Assembly (NCBI GenBank): GCA_964016885.1
Contig: OZ024747.1
Location: 12,586,001 to 12,650,000 of the forward strand
Source: Eledone cirrhosa
Taxonomy: Eukaryota
Direction: 5' to 3'
Length of the DNA: 64,000 nt
Shown here: positions 38,277-52,500 of the stretch, one piece after another
Layout of the letters: each line of letters begins with the position of its first letter
How positions within the stretch are numbered: the stretch's first letter is position 1
The notes under the pieces: generated by a model
Seen by the model: the letters and a program-made list of their open reading frames with translations, nothing else
Told to the model about the DNA's origin: nothing
Database searches by the model: none
Position numbers and translations under genes: made by a program

Positions 38277-38544
38277 TAACCATTTCATTACCATATTTCT
38301 AATGTTAGACACTGCTTATGATTATCAAATTATTTTTTTAAAAAATAAATAAAACTTGGGGGAATTTAGTAACATAACTAACACTGATTATAAGCTGATG
38401 TTTGGAACATAACATAACTTAACAAAGGTTTTTACATAAAATTATGATGGAAAGTTTTTAGATAAATATAAACACTTTAAAATAGTTTTGTATTGTAAAA
38501 CCAAGGGGCAGGGTGGGAGTGGGGTTTGGTATCAAAAGAATTAA
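38277..38544. mobile_element. Second, older TTAA-flanked MITE family
   Basis: ttaaccatttcattaccatatttct...ggtatcaaaagaattaa. Related copies at ~4128-4355, ~14467-14697, ~22340-22525 and ~57092-57345. Confidence 0.6.
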
Positions 38545-39017
38545 GCAAGACACATTTTGTGAAACATCTGTCCTTAAATTGGTTAATAAAATATTATGTC
38601 CAAAAATGAAATAACATATTTTTGTCAATCATTGTTTCTATTGGATTGTATCTGTATGAAACTTTGGCTATGTGGTATTAAAAATAATAAATCCTAAGAA
38701 ATGTCTGTGGCTTTTGTTGTTTTTTTTAATTTTTTATTTTGATTGTATGTTTACGATATGAGACTGCATATTGGCAGTCATTAAGGTGTGAGGTTCACCA
38801 CTTTTGACAAGATATTGAAATATACATATATATATATAACATAATCATCATTTATACATCATCTTTTATTTGCCGACATGGAATGGACAGGACTTTTGGT
38901 GATAATGTTTTATGGTAGGGACTCTTCCCAAGACCCCATCCCTTAATATTCACAATTCTCACATTCCCTTCACTTTTAATTTTTAAAGAAAGGAGTAGCC
39001 TTTTAACATCAAATAAT

Positions 39018-39150
39018 TGTTTCTACTTTTGGCACACGGCAATTACCCAGTACATTACTGGTACTTTACTTTATCAACCTCGACGAGATTTGAACTCGGG
39101 ACGTAACTATGCTAGAAAGCATGGCGTCCAACCCTTTACCATTACTGCCA
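39018..39150 (-). mobile_element. SINE family B, internally deleted, with 10-bp TSD
   Basis: TSD atcaaataat at 39008 and 39151. Confidence 0.8.
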
Positions 39151-39170
39151 ATCAAATAATGATTTCTCCT

Positions 39171-39387
39171 TTAACCCTTTAGTATTTACATTACTCTATA
39201 TTTACTATCATATGTTCACAGTAAAGGTGTTATCTCTTATAATATAGAATCTATGAGATTTTGCTATTATTTATTTTGAGGACAATACTTTAACATCAGT
39301 ATCAGCAGCCGGTTACGACCAGTTTGAACAGAAAGATTGTGAGAGAATTCTTTACGGATATGACCGGTTTAAATGCTAAAGGGTTAA
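39171..39387. mobile_element. MITE copy, opposite orientation
   Basis: TTAA-flanked TIRs. Confidence 0.85.
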
Positions 39388-42300
39388 GCTTAAGGCCACT
39401 AATTTGGAGGAAGGGGAAATCAATTAGATATATCCCAGTATATGACCTGCTACATTATTTTATTAACCCTGGTAGAATGAAAGATAAAGTTGACCTCAGA
39501 AGGTAAAGAACCAGAACAAAATACCACAATAGCATTTTATCCAACATCCTTCCAACTCTGTCAATCCTTAATGCCATATAATCAAAATTAATGAAATGTT
39601 GACAAAGGAAGGGAAGATAAAGCTGGTTCAATCAACAATAGCTGTTTAAAGTGAGATTTAATGACACCTAGGAGATTTTCAATTCTCAAGAGATCCAGAG
39701 GTAGCCGATGAGCTCAGCTGGTCTTATTTGGGGCTCCAGCCAGATGAATTAGAGGCAGTTGCTTCTAATAGATCCCTTTGGAATGCCTGTCTATGCCCTG
39801 GTCCCACGAATGAGTGGGCAAAGAAGAGTAAGTATAATCACTTGATCTACGACAGCTGTTGTTTTGCTTTAGGTCAATCCTGATTGAAATGACCTCCGAT
39901 GAAAGGTATTCCAGATATGACTATCCAGAATTTTTCTCAGCAAGTGTAACTTGGAATACATTATCTAATGTCTCCTTTTTAAGACAATTGAGTGTTTTGA
40001 AGGTAATTTGGCTGCTAATTGTAGGTCATACGACCATAGAGTCTCATTGATTTGACCTAGAAAGTGGTTGTTTAGACCAAGTCACATCTGTGATCAAGGG
40101 CATTCCAGTCGTGACTAACCCATAGTTTTTTTGTTTTTGTTTTTTCGGATATTTAGGTCTATATTATCCAACAATAAGATGTACTTTGGAAAAGGATTTG
40201 GCTATTTCTAACAAGTTCAGTGACCGTGTAGAGAATCCCAAACCTATATGACAACTCTGGTTTGGCTTGATCCATTGACCTTTTGGTTAATAGTAAAAAT
40301 CAGTAACCAATTATTCTAGGGCCCATCGCCAAGATGGGGCACGAGATAGTACTGCGCCCTCTTACTTTTCAATGGTATACTCCCAAAATTAGAAAATAGA
40401 GTTTATATAAGAAAATCTGAAATACGTTCTTTGAATTATAGTGCTCACCCAGAATGTTCTGAATCCCCTCAGAGTACCAAAGACTGGCGACCGCCCTTAC
40501 TGAACCACTAGAGCAACAGCTATAACAGTATATATATTACTGGCATTTTGGTGACCACACCAAATCAAGAGACGTGTCAGGGTTTGAAATTAGATATGTC
40601 TGTGGGTGTTCCTTTCCCTCCGAACATATTTACCCTCACAGTACGTAAAGTAATTTTGTGAAACTAAATTCCTGAAATTATCTCCCTTGTTATTTGTAAG
40701 ATATTAACACTTACTGCTACTTTTTATTTCCTTTCTTCAACTTTGAGACAGACTTAAACTGATTGAGGATGTGTTTGCGTAGCGCGTCTCCCCTGCCGTC
40801 CTCTGGGGAAACGCCTTCTCCGTCCTGTCCGCCGGGGCCCCATCACGTAACATTCCATATTTAAGTATGTGCACTATCATATATAAAGTTCTTACATAAA
40901 ATTATGTTGGAAGATTTTAGAATATATATACACATTTAGCTGACTTGTGGATCCAAGCATGATGTCCCGGGTTCGATACCACTGCGTGGCATCTTGGACA
41001 AGTGACTTACCAAAGTCTTAGGTGAACTAATTCTTGTGACTGAAATTGGTAAACCGAAACCGTGGAAACCCATCGGATGGATTTACACCTGTAATTCAAA
41101 GGTCCAGCTTTGTCACTGTCATATTAATGCAGTCCGATAATAACACAAGTACTCGTGTTTGTAGAATACTCAGACATTTGCGCATTGGTTTAACGAGTAG
41201 GAAGACATCACTTCACATACTTAATATTGTAAAGGATATGTATATTGTAGCTCTGACAACAATGAATTCTTACATTGGCACTGTGCCAAATATATAGGAA
41301 AATAGCTAGCTGATTGAATTAATTATAGCATGTGTGGTACCTACTATATTGACCCTGGAGTAATAAGTGGTCGCAACGGGATTTCAATTTAAGACATTGA
41401 GTTCTGTTCTGCACGTATATTAGATGCGATGCTGTTTAGCATCATCCTACCGTTGTTACTGATCTATTCATGTAGGCCCACGATCAAAGGCATTCCGGCC
41501 ATAACCATCACTCTTTAATTTTTCAGGCAAAGTCTACATTACCTAATGTGTCCTTCCTTTGTCCAAGACGATCGGGGAGATTTAGCTGTTATTTCTAACA
41601 GGTCTAGTAACGTCAAATAGAGTTTTCTTTTACATCTAGTTATATATGCGTGCAAGTGAGCCCCAAAGTAAGGCTGAAGATGGTTATTCTTTTGAAATTA
41701 AACCACAGTAAACGCGTGTTAGTTCGATTTTGTGCTATCTAAGATAGAGATACTTTAAGGAGAATATTTCAGAACATGAACAGATGTAGCTGTAAGCAGA
41801 GACAACAGTCACGATATATATATATAGTGTGTGTGTGTATGTAGAAATCCCAAACGCAGAAAGTAACTCTAGCCAGTCGACTACGATAAACAATAGCTCA
41901 GAAAACCTAGTAAGGTACCCCTATAGAGGGGGGAAAATGAGATCTGAATATGGATTCGTGTGGTTTTCAAACACACTTCATAATGCTTAATCTACTTTGA
42001 AATAACCATCAAAAAATTTTGTCAGCTATACCAAAATTTGTTTTCATAATTTTCTTTCACATTACCATTTTTCGATATTGCACACAATATCGAAGAAATA
42101 CTTCAGTGCAGACGATCAGATTTATTTGAAACTGATTTAACTCGTACCATTTTAACCAGATTAAGCCTTACGGCGTACTTTTGTGCCCTGAAGCATCCGC
42201 TAAAAACTATACAACTCCGCTTTTACTAATACATATATGTGAATATGTATGTAAAGCGGCATTGCAAGCCTTTCCATACATATTCTTCGATTGGGATTTA

Positions 42301-42439
42301 GAAGATATTAGTTCTATAATTGAAACGATATACAGCATATATTTAAATGACATATTATATATAATACAGAAGGTTATATTTAAAAACAGCAAGAGTTTAA
42401 ATAACATTAACTATTATGAAGTACGCCATATTGTTTAGA

Positions 42440-43095
42440 GCAGGAAATGACAGACACTCAGCCAAACAGAAAGTGCGAGCGGTGATGAAATTATATCCCT
42501 TCCGGTCCTCCATACTTCTCTCTCTCTCTTATTCTCTACGTATGTAGTATTACGTAGTCTTACTTCCTCTTCCGTTCCTCATACTCCTTCTTAATTCTCT
42601 TCTGTCCAATTTGTTTTTCTTCTCTCTATATATTTTATTTCATTTTCCTCCTCACGTTCTGCTACAAAATTTCATAAACAACTCTTTTAAACATTTAATA
42701 AATTCCAAATTTTCATTTATCCATTTATTCGAGTATTCCTTTCCTCCTCATGTTCCATAACTTTACTTTCACTCTAACTTTCTTATATTATTTATCTCTT
42801 ACTTTTCTTTTCCCCCCTCACATTCTATAATTTGGTCTCTCAATCTTTATCTTTTTTTCCCCCTACGCCCGCTACTACTATTTTTTTTTTTATTATTGTC
42901 ATCGACACCGGCACCACCATTGTATTTCTTTCATGTATGTGCTTCCTTCTCCTCTTACCTCCTTTAATCTCCCTCCAACCACTGCTGCTGCTGCTCACTA
43001 ACACACACACGCAAACATAAACACGCGTACACATATACATAAGAGAGCCAAGCGAGCACTGGCCAGGGCGGCGGAGGTGCTTGATTTCCACAGAA
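42440..43095 (+). promoter_or_regulatory. Putative RRAS2 promoter / 5' UTR
   Basis: Locally CpG-richer and repeat-poor; ETS-like cttccgg near 42499; pyrimidine-rich tracts; GC-rich segment just before the ATG. TSS not determinable. Confidence 0.35.
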
Positions 43096-43200
43096 ATGTC
43101 TCGCTGTGCTGACACAAACAGCTCTAGTAATACCTATAAGTTGGTAGTCGTTGGTGGAGGTGGCGTTGGGAAAAGTGCCTTGACAATTCAATTTATCCAG
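43096..43200 (+). CDS. RRAS2: R-Ras2/TC21 (Ras64B-like) small GTPase, first coding exon ([35 protein letters not shown])
   Basis: P-loop GGGGVGKS plus ALTIQFIQ fits the R-Ras/TC21 subfamily (H/K/N-Ras have GAGGVGKS..IQLIQ; M-Ras has GDGGVGKS..IQFFQ). Strong donor cag|gtaaga at 43201. Confidence 0.88.
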
Positions 43201-46200
43201 GTAAGATTCAAAATAGCCATCCCTATCGTTTCATTTTTTCCCCCGTCTTGTTATTTTATACTACCACCATCAGCACACTACATCATCACTCCAAACTGCC
43301 ACTGTTGTTGCTGCTATTCGGCCTAGTATTAGCACTAGTAGCTAAGTCTAGTCTAGACAACACTACTGCTACTAATGTTTCCTATTATCCTTTGTTTAGT
43401 TAACTTCTTTTAATTTACCTTTTCGATTTTATGATTTAGTAAGTTGCCTTTTATTTTTATATTTATTTTGTTAAGTCCCCATGCACCAGGCAACGGAAGT
43501 TTTTAAACCGATTCCCAGTCTCCAGCAAATGGCCTCTCTCTCTCTGTCTGTCTCTCTTTTTTCCCCTTCTCAAAAATGAAAGGGGAGGTATTCTGTAAAT
43601 CGGAAAACAGTAGTCAGAAATCGTTGATCAAAGCTATCAATACATATATATATATATATGTATGCATGTCTTTCTAAAATGACAATTCAACACTGGCATT
43701 TTAACCTCAAATAGACGGTTGTCTAATTAATTGATGGCTGTAGGATTCTAAGAAGTGCGCACATGGTTATTTAAAATGTCTTGTTTTGATAAAATTGTAC
43801 ACTTCTAGCCTTTTTCTGGGTTTTTGTTTTTTAACTTCCTTTCTCTGTTCCCTTCAAAATTACTGCATATTATCAATTAACTACAATGTCTTTCACATGG
43901 ATAAATAAATGGATGGGTGGGGTTCTCTGACCCCTCCCGATATGTCTCTTTATCTTCCGATTTCTCCATCATTAACTGTCTTCTGTTCACATTGAGTCAT
44001 AATGCCAGTGGAACAAACTATAAATAATAACCAGCAAGGACATTACCCACTATAATGGAGTCTATAAACGAGAAAATAATGTGTGTGTGTGTATATATAT
44101 ATAATATATGTGTGTGTGTAATATGCTCTCTCATTTTCGTTCTGTGTCAAAGCTTCCAGTGATAGTGATCGATTGTTGACGCTAATGTGACTGTCGATTC
44201 ATAAGGTCACTTATCAATTGACATCTACTAATTACTTACTAAACTCCGTCGTTCACAGTTCCTTCTTTTGCGACTGTCTACTATTTCTTTCTATTTTTCT
44301 TTCTCGAATGACAAACGTGTATATAGTATATATGTGTGTGTGCGTTCGCAGTTAACAATATTTGTTGGATGTAACAGCAAAATTCGCCGCTATACACACC
44401 CTCTCAAAGCTGGACGTAGTTTTTACATAGGATATCTATCTAACTATTATCATACTCAGATTTATTATTATTCATATTTTCTCAATACTCTAGTGTTGAA
44501 ACTTGTAAGAAAAGCTCATCTTTCACAAGAATTACTAATGTTGTGATGCCATATATATTTCATGTCCTGTTTAATTTGGTGAATGACTGGGTAAAATGAT
44601 AGCATTCTCAACAACCTATGTCAACTATCAAATTTGCTTTATACTATTAGACATTGGTATTGTTTATTAATTATAGCAGTTCTCCGATGGAGGGATACAT
44701 GTTACAATATGTATGTTTGTAATTTATCACATGCAATAGTTGTTTTCGGAACTAGGAAGATAACTAAAATAGATATCCTTGTCAAAGCATGGAAACTTGT
44801 ATGAAGTTTATTGTATAATCCGGGAATTTGTTTGTTGTTAATAATTGAAAACAAAAATAGAATTCTTATAACTAAAACGGTCTAAAAATGTCAAGTGTTT
44901 TGTCATTTATATTTTTTTGTTCGAGGTTGAATTCGTAAAACTGTGAGTCTGTGTAGGAATATATATATATATAAAGCTGTAGCATGTTCTTCCTTGAAGA
45001 TAATGAGTTCAATTTTGCCTTTGTGTATATTATTTGCAAACACAACAATCTCATAGCTATCCAATGCAGAGAGGGTTTGAGAAAGCTTCCAAGATATCTA
45101 CAAGCAGCTTTCATCGTTAATCGATCATCCAGTCATATTTTGTCCTCTATTTCCACTAGATTTCTTTTAGCTGATCATTTTGTTCAATGGATAGCCGAAC
45201 TGATTGACTCCTTGACTTCCGTCTCTCATACGACCAATTCTTTGACTTTTATAAACCTGTTAAAACCATTACAAAATGGACTTGCATATGCCTCCTATTA
45301 AACAACAATATTGTCATCTCGTTAAATCAATTAGGTGTTCCTTTTGAAAATTATTAATACGATAGTGCTTCTTTAATTGACTGCCTGTGGTCCAACTTCG
45401 CTCGCTTGTTTTTCTGTAAAGTTTGTTACATTATCGCGGTTTTAATTGTTTCTGTGCAACCCATCAGCTTCCATTATTTTCATGATTTATTCATTACCGA
45501 AGCACTATTCTCCCCCCCCCCCCCCTCCCCCATCGTATTGTACCCCTCGAGTCAGAGTCCCAGACAGGAATGCGTGTCTCAACTATTATCAACTAATTGT
45601 AAGGACTTATTTGGTCAATAACCTTTTGCAACAAATAATAAATAAAAGTGCTGGAGGGAAGCAATTATTGTAATTCAGACTTGAGTACTAAATATTGAAC
45701 TTCCCACTTGATAGCTTTCTCATCTGTTTTTAATTAATTGGTTTTGGTTGAATTCCTCCATTTTCTTCTTATTACAGAAACAACTTTCTCTATCTGTTTT
45801 CATTTGTCGCCGTGTATGTGTGTATATACATGTACACGAAGCATGTTGTGTGTATATATATATATAATTTGCCTCCATCTACATTTATAGACGTGTTTCA
45901 CTTGAACTTTCTTTTTGTTTACGTTACTTTCTTTAAACATACCTGTTACTTTTACTCTATATTTTAACATGATTTCTCTACTACCGTCTAAATATTTATT
46001 GAAGCTAACAACACACACCCTACTCTCTTTTTCCTCTCAGCACTCTCTCTCTCTCTCTTTATCTTTTAGGGGTTTTTTCCCCTATTACATTTGATCTCGG
46101 TGAATTATTTTGTTTTCGTAAATATTCCCATTTTAACATCAATTTAACAGTAATTGGTCCATTTTTGGTCTCTTTTACTTTGCTAGATCTAATATTTCTA

Positions 46201-46804
46201 TTGAATGTGAAATAGATTACCATCGTTTCTTTCATAAAGATGATGTCGTTGTAATAGTTGTCACCTAGCAGAAAACGTCACCAGTTGTCGGACACATCTG
46301 GTGAAACTGTGATATCATTATAAAGTGCGAGTTATCACATTTGATAGCATTAAAAGGGGTGTGGAAAATTGTTGATAATAGACATCTTTTAAATAGCAAA
46401 AAAAAAAAAAAAAAATCAATTGTCGCTAAAAATTAGAATATAATCAATAAGGGTACTTTAACCCGGCAATCATGTTGTTATTTTAGCTACGTAAACTACA
46501 AGATTTCTGCTTTAAATGTCTTTCGACACGTTGTTTCTTGAACAAGAGTTTTGTGGGGGTCGTACATTTTTAAGTGTTTGTTTTTAAAAGGTATGTTAGG
46601 TAATGCATTTTCAAGGTGTGTATTATTGTGTGTGTTTTAAACAAAACATTATAGGGTTAAATAATTGCTTGCATTATTATTATTTTTTTTTTTTCGCTTG
46701 CTTGCTTAAAAGGTATTTAGCAGAATGTCTTGAATGGAAAATCGCAAAATGCTGACATGATGATGATGATGGTGGTGTGTGTGTGTGTGTATCGAAAATG
46801 AAGG

Positions 46805-46840
<36 letters not shown>

Positions 46841-46986
46841 TAACCGGACCTAGTATGAATGCAGACAGCAACAAAAATTAATTAGCGGTATTATTATGGC
46901 ATTCAGAGAAACTCCTTGATTAGAGCATATTGATGGGTTTAATATTTTTAATAAAGGACTATTTTATTATAAATAAATTTATACTG

Positions 46987-47035
<49 letters not shown>

Positions 47036-47855
47036 GGGTAAGACGTTAGTTCATTATCCATGCGCTATCAGCGACTGCAATTTAGTGATCTAACTCTTAT
47101 GTATATTTTCCTTCTTCGTTTTAAATAAAATACAATGTTCATCATCATTGTTATTTGATTTAGGTAAAGGATGGCGGTTCATATCAGAATGCTTTATATT
47201 GTTTTGTTTCATTAAATTTCTGGTCGATACCAGTAAGATACGGTGGTCGTTTAAATCAACTAAAAGGATTTCAGTGCATGCCATCCTTCCGGGTGGGGGT
47301 CGGTGAAATAAATACCAATCAAATAATGAATGACTCAATCTCTAACAGATTTATGTCGATCTAAGGAATCATTTTAAAGTAGTGTTTGCAGTGTTATTTA
47401 GAAAGAGTCTTTCGCCAGATTGTGTAAAGAATCGGTGGTAGTCGAGTGAAACAAACATTAAACAACGGAGAGGAGGTGTTATCCTTCTCTCTGTAGTAGT
47501 CTCCTTCAATCGTGTCAGTCTGTAAATAGATATATTATAAAGAAATCCTTATTATTATATTGAAGGCAGTTGGATGACAGAAACTAGTGTTGAGCCAAAT
47601 ATATTGGTGTGTTAAATGAAATAGGTTGCTTTACGGGTTGAATTTATGACCCCCTCCGGCTACACGCCTTGGGAGTAGTGAGTGAGTGATTGATAAAATA
47701 AGTACCAAGTAAGTACAAGGGTCGATTCAATCGACCACACCCTCTCTTAAAATGTGTGACCTTGTGTCAATTTTAAGAAATTATGATGATGAAAATGACA
47801 ATGTATTAAAAAGCTGATCTATTTTTCATAGATAAGTTATCAACTGTGTGTGTGG

Positions 47856-47897
<42 letters not shown>

Positions 47898-49396
47898 GCA
47901 CGCACGCCTGAATCTGTCTTGAATTTAGACCACAGAAATGGATATTGATTTCTGAAGCATAGGGCGACAAATTTACAGGAGAGGATTTATAAGATTTTGT
48001 GACAGCCATGCCTTACTGAAGGGCATTAGCAGCGAAAGTAAAACGGATATTGTCTTCAACGGAGAATCGAAGCCTCGTCACAGACTTGCCTTTTCTTCAT
48101 GACGCTTACTTCAATATTAACTGAGATCAAATAATAAGCATATTATGGGGAAGAAAAATAAGCTAGGCGGGGAATATAGGCAATGAAAGTAGATTAGATA
48201 ACATGGTGTCAACTCTGTCAAACTTGTTTACCTTGTCTATATTTTTGACAATATTCCTTTTTGGATATCGAATTTTATTTGGAAAAAACCATTAGAAAGT
48301 CTCAGCTGATGTCTTTTATCCTATTCTTTTATCTATTTTTTAAAAAGTCTTTTATTATCATGTATGGATAAAAAGTTATCGTGGTGCACGAACCCGTATC
48401 CTCCTCCATCTCATCAATTTTTATAACTTTGGTTTTATTTTAATAATCTCTCAGGAAAATCATTGTCAGAGTCATGTTAAGGTTATTTTTGCTGCCACGA
48501 AGAAAATGTCGACTGAAAATATTCTTTCTAGATACTTTACAAAAAAAAAAAAAAAAAAAAAAAAAATCTTTTATACATTCACATATAATGTTATGCTTTT
48601 TTCTCTTTTCTAAAAGACCCTTTGGAAATAGATACTTGATTAATGACACCAAATTTAATCAATACTCTGACGTACACTTCCCATGCTTATATCTCAGTGC
48701 TGCTTTCTATTTTAATGGTTCATCATCATATTACCTTTTAAGTTTGTGGTAGTGAAGGCATATATTGCAGATCATAATCCCGTTTCTAAGAGTTTTATTC
48801 TATATATGTTGAGGTAGTTTAACTGATTTAAACTATTTCACTCATAATACACTTACTTGACATTTTCGAATAACATGTTCAGCTCTTTTCTAAATTCGAA
48901 AAGGCTGAAAATAGTGTATCGGTGATGGTGGGGAATCCTTAAAAATAGATTCCTTCTGGAAAAAAAATAGAATATTCCCTCTAGATGTCATTTTCAGTTA
49001 GAAAATCTATATTTCTGGTTTCTGGCAGTTCTTACGTTTTGAGCTTGAAGGTTAATGAGTGCTTGCATAGCTATAAAAAAAAATTCCACTCTTTGTTGCT
49101 AAGACACCCACTTGTACAACTCTCGTGTCCCTCTGCTTCTTCGTTGACTTTTCCTATTTTACTGAGGAGGGAGGAAGGGGCGAATTATAGTTTATTTCTT
49201 TATTATTTCACATTTTCGTAGGTTTACAGTAGATCTCAGGGCTGTGTTATTCATAAGGCCGACTAGGCTGAAGCCAAGAAACCCATCAATTAATTTTGAT
49301 GTAATGGAATGAAAAGATTGAAGTACCAAAGAAAACCCGAAATATTTGAAAGCCTTCCATCACAGTTCTATCTAAGATGCCTTGCTAAATAATAAT

Positions 49397-49579
49397 TGTT
49401 TCTACTTTTGGCACAAGGCCAGCAAACACCCAGTGCATTACTGGTACTTATTTTATCGACCCCGTAAGGATGAAAGGTAAAGTTAACCTCGGCGGGATTT
49501 GAACTCAGAATGGCAAGGGCCGTAACTCTATGCGACAAAGCATGGCGTCTGACCCTCTACCGATACTGCCAATCCACCA
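49397..49579 (-). mobile_element. SINE family B with 16-bp TSD
   Basis: TSD cttgctaaataataat at 49381 and 49580. Confidence 0.88.
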
Positions 49580-52500
49580 CTTGCTAAATAATAATAATAT
49601 AGCCAGGTTTTATTCAAATTATTATCTTAGTTATTGTCTTTCTAAAACTACCTCAGATAGTAGATTGTCATCTCTCTTGCATTCCTGTGATTGAGTTTGT
49701 CTTTCAGTTGTCAGCAGTTAAAAGAAGTACCAGTAATATTTTGTTGAAGACATGACATTTCTAGTGCTGGTGTCATAATAACTCTGTAAAGTGGCTAGTG
49801 CAGTGATTCCCAACTTGGGGTGCATGTCCCACAGGGGAGCAATTTGAAAATGATGATAATGAGAAATTTACACCAAGGCATCTTTGGTACACATTACTAT
49901 CAGAAATTTGTCTTACCCTCTCCACAAATGGTATTGTGCATCTGACACCACCTATGTGCCAATTTGTTTATATTTTGTAGTTGATCATCACTGCTTTCAT
50001 ATTAAATGGGGTATAACAATTTTTGTGATGTTGAGGTGGGGCATTGTGCACAAAAGGTTGGGGGGCCACTGGGCTTGTGTTAGGAATGGTATTCAGCCAT
50101 AGAAACCATGCCAAATAAAAAGTACAAGTCAATGAGATGTGGTCCTGTGATACATCTTGGAAAGAAGTAAATTGATTTGGTCTCTGACAACTTATGTCGG
50201 TATAGAAAATGCTGACGAGGATCAGTTACTGAAATTATTGTCTCCTCAACACCAAAACAATATTTCTTGTGCTACAAATAATATTTTAGATGTGAATCTT
50301 TAGTTATTGTTGGTTATCAGAGAAGTAGCTTTCAAAGAGTCTTCTTGAAAAATCTCCAAGATTTCTAAAAAAAAATCACTACAAAAATATCTTAGTTTGA
50401 AATGTCAATCTTGTATATTTTAATCAGACCGGTACAAATGGCACTGGAGCTAAACACTTGGCACTGAAGCTAAACACTTGGCCTATACACTTCAATGGTG
50501 CCTAGTTTGGTGCTTCATATACCTGAATATCAATACAGCTAGGATTGATTTTTACTTCTTCACAGAATCAATAAAATAAGGAATGGTAATGTATTGGTAT
50601 AGAATCTATTCCTTAACTCTTATTTTCTGCTGAATCACAGCAGGATGTTATCTAACGTGTTTGTTAATTCAAATGTTTATAGTATCTTTACTAGTAAACA
50701 GATCAGTGTTGTTTTGTAATTTACAAGGTCTTCCTAATGTGGTTTCATATGATACAGGATAATGAGTTAAACACCCTCATACACTAGAAGAGCAGCATTT
50801 ATAGGTGATTTGTCCCCATGACATACATGGCTGATGGAATGAATGGTATTGTCATGTAATTATTTATTTCTCATTAAATTCAGATTTTAATCTCCCTATT
50901 TCTTTTCTTTTTAATGAATCTCAATGTTTTCAACATTAACTGCTCATCTATATGGAGACTGTTTTATTTCATAGTAGAGTTATATAATCATACAGAACAA
51001 GAGAGCAGTATTGGAAAGCACTATAAATGCTGACCTCCTCCATAAAATCATATCAATAGCAGCCCATCTGAGGAAGGAACCCCCGCTAGGTGGGTGGTTT
51101 TTTGCTGCATGTGTCGCTAGCCATTGTCCACGAAAAAGCCTTTGCCATTTTGTCTGCGGGGTGCAGCTGAAACACCACTCTGACCTAGGTATAAAGTCTG
51201 TCACCCTCTCCTCTTCCTCCTTCCTTTGTCTAGTAGTCCTTGCGCTTCCTCTCCTTTTCAAATCATTTATAGCATTTATAGTTCTTTCCAATGCTGTTCT
51301 CTTTTACTGCTCATCTTAGCCTAAGATCTCCTTACCTTATCATTCTAAGAAGGCTTATTTCATTATATGGGTGTGACCCTTTATCACTGAAAACCTTTAA
51401 AATTTACTACTGACCAGAAATTACTTCAGTACTTAGAATATTAATAATGTTGATTTACTTTTATCTAGGCATGTGTGGAAAGAAGTATAATTAATTGTAT
51501 CAACCGTAGTATATTGTTGGTATTTATTTATTCACCTTCAAAAGGAATTCTGCCTCAAATTTATGAAAACAAAGAATTTTGTCCATCAGTCTACAATTGT
51601 TGCAGACTCATGGCCCTCACTATATCATCATCATATCATCATTGTTTTTATGTCCACTTTCCACACTGGCACAAGTTGGGTAGGTTGTCACAGTTGAGAC
51701 CAGAGAGGTCAAAGTGACCTCATCTCGCTCATACAGTCTATATTTGGCATGCTTTCTATGGTTGGATGCCCTTCCTAATACCAGCCACTGTGCTGGGTGC
51801 ATTTTTATTGTGGTTAGAGTATAAGAGTACTGGTCATAGACTCAACTGAAAAGCCTTTTTTATCCCAATACCTACTTTTTTAAGGCTGGAACTTATTTTA
51901 TTCTCTTTTGTCTTTTTTTTTTTTTTGTCAAACTGCTAAGTTATGGGAGATAGACATACACAATTGCAAACATTGACATTGATGCTCACATATACACACA
52001 CACACATATACGCACACACATACACATATACGCACACACATGACAGGCTTCTCCATTTTCCATCTACCAAATTCCACTCACAATACATTGGTCAACCTAA
52101 AGTTAGTAGACAGTTGTCCAAGATGCCATTTAGTGGGACTGAACACAGGAACATGTGATTGAGAAGCAACCCCCTTAATGATACCCTCATCTAAAGGATA
52201 ATCCCAGTTGTTTTACCTGTTGAAGAATTTTTTAGTAGGTACTGTAGTATGGTATTAAGTTCTAAGTATATTCATAGCTTGGTTTTGGTTTCCAGTTGGA
52301 ACCAATTCATTTATGTCTACGCTAAAAACATGATGGTTTCTAATTCTCCATTTCTATTAATTTATGTCTGAGGTCCTATGTACTTGTAAAAAACATCGTC
52401 AAAGAATTTTATTAAATCAATTGCCACTTAATTTTGTAATTGAAGCTTACTGCACTTCTAGATGTTTTATGCTGGTGTATAGATTGTAGAGCCTCTCCAT

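Noticed and set aside
50980-51319. Overlapping ~100 aa ORFs, with a related sequence at 53260-53420
   Set aside because: No recognisable domain; looks like a dispersed repeat fragment present in two orientations.
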